A program made the position numbers and the translations under genes. A model generated the notes under the pieces. That model searched no databases. It was not told where the DNA came from and saw only the letters and a list, made by a program, of their open reading frames with translations. From Eledone cirrhosa (Eukaryota): DNA of 64,000 nucleotides. Below, piece by piece: positions 55,038 through 64,000 of the stretch. Positions within the stretch are counted from its first letter, which is position 1. The number at the start of each line of letters is the position of its first letter. The DNA lies in assembly GCA_964016885.1 (NCBI GenBank), contig OZ024756.1, forward strand, positions 27,156,001-27,220,000, read 5' to 3'.

Positions 55038-55487
55038 TACATAATATAAGATCAAAAGATGGTTAAAGGAGTTCCATGTATTTTATTATGCGCATTTCAA
55101 AAACAAACATCATCATGCAATAATATTTGTGTTTTCATCAGATAAAACAGGAGAACATGATATGAAGGCTAAAAAACACTTGTGGATAGTGCAGTTTTAA
55201 ATCAACATATATGTTGATTTAAATCAACATGATATGTTGATTTAAAACTGCACTATCCACAAGTGTTTTTTAGCCTTCATATCATGTTCTCCTGTTTTAT
55301 CTGATGAAAACACAAATATTATTGCATGATGATGTTTGTTTTTGAAATGCGCATAATAAAATACATGGAACTCCTTTAACCATCTTTTGATCTTATATTA
55401 TGTATCTCCAGTCCTACAAACTGTAGAGTGCTTCTTATCCGATATCTGCATTGCTTTATTGTACTACAATAAAACTCACCTCCTACA
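55038..55487 (+). mobile_element. Foldback element with ~170-bp arms plus unique tail; family member at 52231-52552
   Basis: Arms 55038-55210 / 55232-55404, (TA)n on both sides. Confidence 0.75.
55295..55361 (+). ncRNA. Hammerhead ribozyme (family of 52445); intact mirror copy at 55081-55147(-)
   Basis: ttttat-CTGATGA-...-GAAAT-gcgc-ATA-ataaaa inside near-perfect palindrome 55038-55404. Confidence 0.68.
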
Positions 55488-55497
55488 TATATATACA

Positions 55498-55531
<34 letters not shown>

Positions 55532-55944
55532 GTCTCACATTTCTTTAACGTGCATCGTAATTGTTTTGTCTCGGTGAACAATAGTTGAATAAAAGAAAAT
55601 TACAATACAACAACGATGAAAATAAGGTAATACGATAGTTTGGAGACAACATAGAAAGTTGATATTGGCTGATAATACCATTAGACATATCGTATAGTTG
55701 AATGGGCATGGTTACCATGTTTGCCGTACAATCGCAACATCATGAGTTCAATCCCTACAATGTTGTGTTCTTGAGCAAAACATTTTATTTCACATTGTTG
55801 CAGTACACTCAGCTGAGTGTGAGAACCAGCAGTAGCTGGGAAGTAAATCCTGCAATAGACTGGCGTCCTATCCAGGGAGAGTCTTGCACTTCCGTTGCTG
55901 TAGAGTTTGTCTCGAACCTTCAGTGTTCCCCGGTAGCACTGCCA

Positions 55945-56180
55945 GACAGGAAATTTCTGGAAAATGTCCATATCGCGGATTGAATGTTCTCCGGAACACA
56001 TAGGTTAGTTCGTTTTCACCCACGCCTAGAATATCCCCGAGAACGTCGTCACACTTGCCCACCACTAGACCTCTATACGTGGAATTTCTACTGACTGCAT
56101 TGCCCGATTTGGGATACAAATGGTGTATGAGGCAGCTGAAGGTCAACGATTTACTGTTCATGGATGACCTTCGGAAAGAA
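55945..56180 (+). mobile_element. R4/Dong-like (RLE non-LTR) reverse transcriptase remnant
   Basis: GYKWCMRQLKVNDLLFMDDLRK resembles the 'GY...INHLLFMDDLKL' catalytic motif. Confidence 0.55.
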
Positions 56181-57209
56181 CCATAACCAAATTGACTCAT
56201 TGGTTAGGATGGTCTACATCTTCAGTAAAGTTACAGGCGGCAACAGCAACAACAACAACAACAGCCACAACCACCCACTGTGGTGGCAGTAATAATTTCT
56301 ATGGCGTGTGTATGTTGGGACATGGCGGTGCCATGTCTGGGCGTTCATGTCTGAGTAGGAGTGGCTGTAAATGTGGGAGTGCGTAGCTTTAAAGTGATTT
56401 GATAGCGTCATCGTGATTTGTCTGATTGCTATCTATGGTTTAACAATATCATTCTATTAGCAGCTGACACGTAAACGATATCATCTTTAGTACTTAATTG
56501 CACACCATTCCTTCGCCACCCATTTCTATCAGAGGAACATCTTTATATCCTAATGTATTTTCTTTGTGAACCATGAAATATAACGTGGTGTCAGACGGAT
56601 TAACAAGTGGATATTTATATTTATTAAGTTGATGTTGCTTCTTACGGCAGATATGTCAGAGAACACCGATGACCTATAGTGTTCCAGTCATGACCATCAT
56701 ATCAATTCAGACATATTTATTCTTAGACTACAGTATTGAATGGGTCCTTCCCTTCTTTTTTCTTTAAAGATGGTGGGCATGATGAGAGAGAAGGGGCGGA
56801 GAGGGAGAAAGAGAGGGAGAGAGAGGGGCGGTGGGGGAGAGAGGGGAGAGAGAGAGGAGGCGGAGGGAGAGGGAGAGAGAGAAAGAAAGCGAAAGAGAGG
56901 AAAAGAGAAAGAGAGAGAGAGAAAGAGACATACATACATACATTTCTACATTCAATAACCGCATGTACACATGTACAGATACAAAGCATATACACATACA
57001 CACATGCACACATATAACTCAAAACATACGATAACATCCGTACCTGCACACACACATACGCATGTGAACATGTATACATATCTACCAAGTTGACATTGTC
57101 TAAATTCCAGGGAAAGAATGTTGTGTCTATGTTAGAAACCGACTCTTTCTCTCTCTTGGTAAAAATCTATAAAATTATAAAACCAGAACATACATACATA
57201 CATAAATAC

Positions 57210-57818
57210 ATGGTGGCTGCCAACTCGTTTTCGAGTACGGCCACTACTTTATATCCATGTAGGAGAACCCCTACCGATGCGCTGAACGAGTGTGACTTTT
57301 TAGTCCAGCCAGCGATTTGAAAACTCTGGTACAAACACTACACTTGTGACAATTATTGACACATAGTGCTGGGCTTATGGTACCATGTGATGACAAGTGC
57401 AGAGAGATCTCCAGATATAAAGCAATGCCTGTGCCGTGAAGCTTTTATAGTGAGCAAAGGCACTGCACAAAGCCAGTCCCACTCTCTTAACCAAGATGAT
57501 ATTTACCAAAAAGAAGAACAAGTCAACATCATTGGATACCATCAGGGTTGCAGGTGTTATATCAGAGTTTTCCTTCTCCTAGAATTCTGCCTTGACAAAG
57601 GCTAAGGGGTCATCTCTCCCAGTGATTTTGGATGGCCATTGACTCTTAAGAGCTCCTTTGCCCTTTGACAGGTTTTGTTTTTAGTCCTGCAGGATGTCCA
57701 AAGTCACCCTCCTCACCAAGAAACCTTGGTGGGATTGCCAGTTTAGTCGCCAACGACCCGACCATGAAACAGGTTGTACTGGGATACATGTTACCAGTAG
57801 TACCAGCTGGTGACCTGA
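57210..57818 (-). mobile_element. Copy of the ~600-bp (ATGT)n-associated element
   Basis: Reverse complement of 40981-41588, flanked by (CATA)n. Confidence 0.8.
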
Positions 57819-59016
57819 CATAACATACATACATACATACATACATACATACATACATACATACATACATACATACATACATACAGAGGGCCGAATTTAA
57901 TGGAGGCAATTGCCCCTATCTCCTGCAGAGGAGGTGGAGAGGTCAAACGACAGCAACGGCAATTTATATTCGCCCTCTGTTGGACGTTTTAGTTTTATCA
58001 TTTTGACAACGAGAACTATATTTTTAACAAAAAGTATTCAATGTCCTTACTGTAGGAAAATTCATCAAATTTAAAAATCATACCAAATATGCAATGTATG
58101 AGTGGTGCTATTAAGTTAGACATGGCCTGGGCCAATACTGGTCGAAACCTATCAAAGTTATGGGCAAGATGAGATCATTCCGATATCTTAGGCCTTGGAC
58201 TGCGACAACCTGTCAGTGTGGAAAGTGGATGTAAAATGAGGATGGTTTAATTTTTTAAAAATTTAATACCTGTATGTATAACTTTTCAATTCCAATTACT
58301 CACACCTTTTCTTTTGTGGCCCTAGAGTCCTTGCTTTTCCCTTCCTTTTTTTTTTCTCATTTATGGCTTTTATAAGGGCGGCGGATTGGCTGAATCGGTA
58401 GAGGGTCGGGCACTATGCTTTGCAGCATAGAATTACAGCCCTTTATGATCTGAGTTCAAATCCCGCCGAGGTTAACTTTGCCTTTCATCCTTACATGGTC
58501 GATAAAATAAAGTACCAGTCACGCATTGAGGTCGATTTAATCGACTTTCCCCTCCCCCAAAATTGTTGGCCTTGTGCCTATATAAGAAATCATTTATGGC
58601 TTTTATAGTCCTTTCTTCTACTTTCCCACACAGCCACACCCGCCCTTCTTTGCCCCTTCCCCTTTTGTAATGTTATTTATACAATTGTAAATAAAATTCT
58701 TAAAGATCTAAATAAAAAAAAACAACACCACACAAAACGATAAATCTAATGATAAAATTTGTAATACACGACTTAAGCATTAATAATGTAAACATAGAGA
58801 GGACAATCTCTCGTGTCAAACCTTAAGCAGTTACTTTCAAGTCTTACTTTATAAATTGCTTGACAACGACAATGATTAAATTGATATGCTGAAACTGAAT
58901 GTATTGGATCATCAAGTATGAAATTTGTAGGAGACATATCGTCATATTTTTTTTTTTTCTACAAATTTCATACTTGACAACCCAATAGTTTTCAGAAACG
59001 TAGAATAGTGTAGCAT

Positions 59017-59081
<65 letters not shown>

Positions 59082-59239
59082 ACACACACAGTAAATACAA
59101 AAAATATATAATTGGAAAAATCAATATGGCAATTAAATATAAGAATAATATATCGAATGCAGTGATACAGTGAAGTAGAATTTCTGTGGCTATGTCGTAA
59201 ATATTCTATGGTAAATATAGAGAAAGAAATGGTCGATAC

Positions 59240-59435
59240 TATGGTATGGTATAGTATAGTATGGTATAGTGTGGTATGGTATGGTATATCATGTGGTATG
59301 GTATGGTATAGTGTGGTATGGTGTGGTAGGTATGGTATAGTATGGTACGGTATGGTATGGTACGGTATAGTATAGTGTGGTATGGTATAGTATGGTATGG
59401 TATAGTAGGGTATAGTATGGTATGGTATAGTATAG
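59240..59435. repeat. (TATGG/TATAG)n pentanucleotide array
   Basis: Direct reading. Confidence 0.9.
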
Positions 59436-59436
59436 T

Positions 59437-60560
59437 TAATTCGTTGTCACAGCCATAACGTAGAGAACGTTGCTGAGTTGGTTCGTTGTCACAGCCATAA
59501 CGTAGAGAACGTTGCTGAGTTGGTTCGTTGTCACAGCCATAACGTAGAGAACGTTGCTGAGTTGATTCGTTGTCACAGCCATAACGTAGAGAACGTTGCT
59601 GAGTTGGTTCGTTGTCACAGCCATAACGTAGAGAACGTTGCTGAGTTGGTTCGTTGTCACAGCCATAACGTAGAGAACGTTGCTGAGTTGATTCGTTGTC
59701 ACAGCCATAACGTAGAGAACGTTGCTGAGTTGATTCGTTGTCACAGCCATAACGTAGAGAACGTTGCTGAGTTGGTTCGTTGTCACAGCCATAACGTAGA
59801 GAACGTTGCTGAGTTGGTTTGTTGTCACAGCCATAACGTAGAGAACGTTGCTGAGTTGATTCGTTGTCACAGCCATAACGTAGAGAACGTTGTTAAGTTG
59901 GTTCGTTGTCACAGCCATAACGTAGAGAACGTTGCTGAGTTGATTCGTTGTCACAGCCATAACGTAGAGAACGTTGTTGAGTTGGTTCGTTGTCACAGCC
60001 ATAACGTAGAGAACGTTGCTGAATTGATTCGTTGTCACAGCCATAACGTAGAGAACGTTGCTGAGTTGGTTCGTTGTCACAGCCATAACGTAGAGAACGT
60101 TGCTGAGTTGGTTCGTTGTCACAGCCATAACGTAGAGAACGTTGCTGAGTTGGTTCGTTGTCACAGCCATAACGTAGAGAACGTTGCTGAGTTGGTTCGT
60201 TGTCACAGCCATAACGTAGAGAACGTTGCTGAGTTGGTTCGTTGTCACAGCCATAACGTAGAGAACGTTGCTGAGTTGGTTCGTTGTCACAGCCATAACG
60301 TAGAGAACGTTGCTGAGTTGGTTCGTTGTCACAGCCATAACGTAGAGAACGTTGCTGAGTTGGTTCGTTGTCACAGCCATAACGTAGAGAACGTTGCTGA
60401 GTTGATTCGTTGTCACAGCCATAACGTAGAGAACGTTGCTGAGTTGGTTCGTTGTCACGGCCATAACGTAGAGAACGTTGCTGAGTTGATTCGTTGTCAC
60501 AGCCATAACGTAGAGAACGTTGCTGAGTTGATTCGTTGTCACAGCCATAACGTAGAGAAC
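59437..60560. repeat. 42-bp minisatellite (tcgttgtcacagccataacgtagagaacgttgctgagttggt), ~27 copies
   Basis: Head-to-tail, nearly invariant units, no spacers. Confidence 0.95.
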
Positions 60561-60764
60561 ATTTCATCTGAATATTAGTTTCGAATTTTATCAAATTTAG
60601 AGATGGATCAGGCAGAACTGTTAGAGCCTTAAACAAAATGCTTGTAATTACGGCCCTTTATGTACTGAGTTCAAATCCCATTGGGGTCGACTTTATCGCC
60701 TTTACTTTATTTTATCGATGAGGTCGATAAAATAAAGTACCAGTCAAATAGTGGATTCAGTATA

Positions 60765-61115
60765 CAGGTAAATTTCCGTTATAACGAATACAATTTCAAT
60801 GAATTTTTCAGTAAAACGAATTTTTTTTAATCCCCGAGGTAATAACTGTTTATATTTTAGGCACAAGGCCAGCAATTACCCAGTACATTACTGTTACTTT
60901 ATTTTATCGACCCCGTGAGGATGAAAGGCAAAGTTAACCTCGGCGGGATTTGAACTCAGATCATAAAGGGACGTAACTCTATGCTTCAAAGCATGGTGTC
61001 CGACTCTCTACCGATACTGCCAATCCACCGTTTCGGTCGATCTCGTTATAGAGAATTTTTCGTTACAACGAATTTTTTTATGCCTTGTGAATTTCATTAT
61101 AACGAAATTTCACTG
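60765..61115. mobile_element. Tigger/pogo-like MITE containing a SINE
   Basis: TA-caggtaaatttccgttataacgaa ... ttcattataacgaaatttcactg-TA. Confidence 0.65.
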
Positions 61116-62106
61116 TAATCGATTCTTTCTTAAATTTCTGACCCTGTGTCTATGTTAGAAACGACAAAAACAGACACTCGTAGACGCAGAAATAAACGCG
61201 CGCATACACACAATTTCTCTCTTTCTCACAATCTCTCTCTCATTCTTTCACACACACACACATCAAACATATTACTAGTAGCCATGATTGGCTGTCAAAA
61301 GAGGAGTGGTGAAATAAAACTATATTGGTTGTGGCGAGAGGAAGTGAAATGATGGCGATATAAATATTTACTTAACTTTTCCACCATTTTATATCATTTC
61401 TGAAAACATTAACGACATTTTCACATTCACACACACACTACTACCAGGACATACATAAATACGTAGGTACATACATGACGGCTGCAAACTCTGCTAAGAG
61501 TACTGCAATCGCTTGTCAGATTATAGAGTTTGGTGCACTTTTAGGCTACGGACAGCCACACAAAAGTGTAACAGATCCTGAACAAGCATTGCCTGGGCTT
61601 TGAATTTTTTTTAAGTGGGGAAAGGCCTTGCACTCGACCAATCCCACTGTCTGAGCATCGAAAACACTACCGTTGAATGATGAGTTCTTCCGCCCTTTGT
61701 CAGGTTTTGTTTTATATCCTGCAGGGTGGCCAAAATCCCCCTCCTCACTAAGTGGGGTTACTGGTTTAATCACCGACGACTCGGCCATGGGGCAGATTGT
61801 ACTGGGTAAACATACATATATACGAGCGTACCTACATACATACAGGCTGACATGACACAAACAGTCTCACTCACCCTATCTCACATACAAACAAACATAA
61901 AAAACATGAGACAAATATAAAGGTGGTAACACCTTGATAAAGCCTATCAAATTTATCTCCCGTATTTATCTGGCAGATGTCGTAGCTGTCATTATAATAT
62001 TTTATAGTCGATTAAGGCTGTTTGTATACTTAACCACGTGTTGCACACGTTTGGAGGAAACAAAACCAAGATATATACACATATACGTGCTCACACACAT
62101 ATATGT

Positions 62107-62146
<40 letters not shown>

Positions 62147-62234
62147 ATATTTTTGAAAAATAGCTAATAAATAGTGCTTACGTCGTATTTGGCTAAGTAA
62201 AATAAGACTCTTCTAAGTAACAATGCAATCAATT

Positions 62235-62635
62235 TTTTTACATGGAACTGAAACATGGACGCTTTCACCCAAACAACAAAAGCACTTTGATGTCACCAAC
62301 ACACGCCTACTGCAACGCATTTAGAGCGTAAGCTGGTAACATCTGACTTTGAAAGAAATATATGCCGGCCTCCCATGCATATCTGTCATTGTACGTAAAA
62401 GGAGAGTAAGATGTGCTGGCCACTGCCATCGTGCCACCTATGAGGCTGTGTCCTCATTAGTGCTTTGGAAGCCACAAGCAGTCACTAATAACAGGGGGCG
62501 CAAGCTCTCCTACCCTGATATCATCTCCAGAGATTCTGGTATTGAAATCCAGGACTTGGCAACGGCAATGAACGACAGACCCACGTGGAGATCAATCGTT
62601 GAGTCGATTTCAGTTGAGGCCGCCGGGGTGATGAA
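62235..62635 (+). mobile_element. RTE-like LINE 3' ORF remnant
   Basis: RKRRVRCAGHCHR...LVLWKP...RGRKLSYPDII...AMNDRPTWR. Confidence 0.75.
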
Positions 62636-62973
62636 ATTCGTCTATTAGTTGGGATTTTAAAAAACCCTCAGAATGAAAAAAAAGGGATGAATATTGACGT
62701 ACATGGGACACGAACTCACATCTTTGGTTTCACGAACCACTGTGTTAACAATTACACAAATACGCTGGTTTAATGGTTAACACAGTGGTCCGGCAAACTA
62801 AAGATGTGGGTTTGTGTCCCATATCCGTCAATGTTCATCCCTTTTTTTCCACACAGAGGGTTTTTAAAAAGTAAGGTACTCAATACCTTAGTAGAGTGTA
62901 AACATCGTGTTTAATACAAAAATGGCTTCTACAGGACTAGAACTGTTCTACCCGAAAGAAATCACCAGGAAAG

Positions 62974-63038
<65 letters not shown>

Positions 63039-63204
63039 TACATATATATATATATAAATATATATACATACCCATATATATATATATGTGTGTGTTTCAT
63101 TTGAAGGAAATCATCAGGAATGCCATTTCTTTATTAAATTTGTTGCATACACTCTACTAATGTATTGAGTACCTTACTTATTACGGTTATTCCCGTTTGA
63201 ACCC

Positions 63205-63267
<63 letters not shown>

Positions 63268-63268
63268 T

Positions 63269-63300
<32 letters not shown>

Positions 63301-63520
63301 AATGTGTGTGTGTGTGTGTGTATATATGTGTGTGAATATACATACACACATAGGTCGAAAGGATAAAAGGCAAATTTAACCTTGCTATTATTTGAACTAA
63401 GAGTAGGGCGGTGGATTGGCAGTATCGGTAGAGGTTTGGATGCCATGCATTGCAGCATAGACTTACGGCCCTTTACGGCCCTCGGCGGGATTTACGGCCC
63501 TCCCGGGAGCTCTATATTAT

Positions 63521-63583
63521 ATTTTATCTGATGAAAGCACACCATAATTTATCTTGGTGTCCTTGAAATATGTATAATGAAAT
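63521..63583 (+). ncRNA. Hammerhead ribozyme-like motif (family of 30663)
   Basis: ttttat-CTGATGA-aagcacacc...ggtgtcctt-GAAAT-atgt-ATA-atgaaa. Confidence 0.55.
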
Positions 63584-63625
63584 AAATATGGTTTTATAAA
63601 TATAATTTCCATTTGTTAATATATC

Positions 63626-63691
<66 letters not shown>

Positions 63692-64000
63692 CGAGGATAA
63701 CTTTGCCTTTCATCCTTACGGGGTCGATAAAATAAAGTACCAGTCACGCGCTGGGGGCGATTTGATCGACTTTCCCCTCCTCCAAAATTGCTGGTCTTGT
63801 GTATATATAAGAAACCATTATTTGAACTAAGAGTACAGATAGTCCGCAAAGCATTTGTCCTACGTTACAATGATACGGCCAATTTTCCGCCTCGTTGACA
63901 TGTCGATGGGTCAAACCACAAACTGTTATATGTTGACAGACGCCCACGGGCTTCCATATCTGTTTTAACATTAGAAGGGGATGATGTGCTTATGTCGATG

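Noticed and set aside
58848-58888. Candidate upstream ITPR coding exon (phase compatible)
   Set aside because: HINLIIVVVKQFI shows no resemblance to the IP3R N-terminus; not called as CDS.
59437-60560. CRISPR-like array / 366-370 aa ORFs
   Set aside because: Units are contiguous with no unique spacers, the context is eukaryotic, and the ORFs follow from a 42-nt stop-free unit.

Overview
AT-rich, microsatellite-laden animal genomic DNA, most likely an octopus/coleoid cephalopod (inferred from the SINE families and (TA)n/(CA)n/(TATG)n load). Almost all ORFs in the supplied track are microsatellite artefacts. The real coding content is one minus-strand gene: 22 GT-AG exons (52948 down to 5876, 2233 nt) that I spliced by hand, with every intron phase matching. 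They give about 744 uninterrupted codons of the N-terminal part (suppressor/MIR beta-trefoil, IP3-binding core and start of RIH/armadillo region) of a divergent inositol 1,4,5-trisphosphate receptor-like channel. I did not find the start exon or the 3' exons in the window. The introns hold tRNA-derived SINEs, RTE-like and R4-like LINE fragments, hAT/mariner/pogo MITEs, a Helitron-like element and two minisatellites. The most striking hidden signal is about 20 minimal type I hammerhead ribozyme motifs (CTGANGA-stem II-GAAA-stem III-NUH) from several unrelated short families. Most sit next to (TA)n tracts, and many lie in long foldback inverted repeats that share an ACTC...GAGT tail hairpin. One family occurs as circularly permuted copies of a ~430-nt unit (retrozyme-like), and a decayed Penelope-like GIY-YIG endonuclease remnant lies just upstream of a degenerate hammerhead core.
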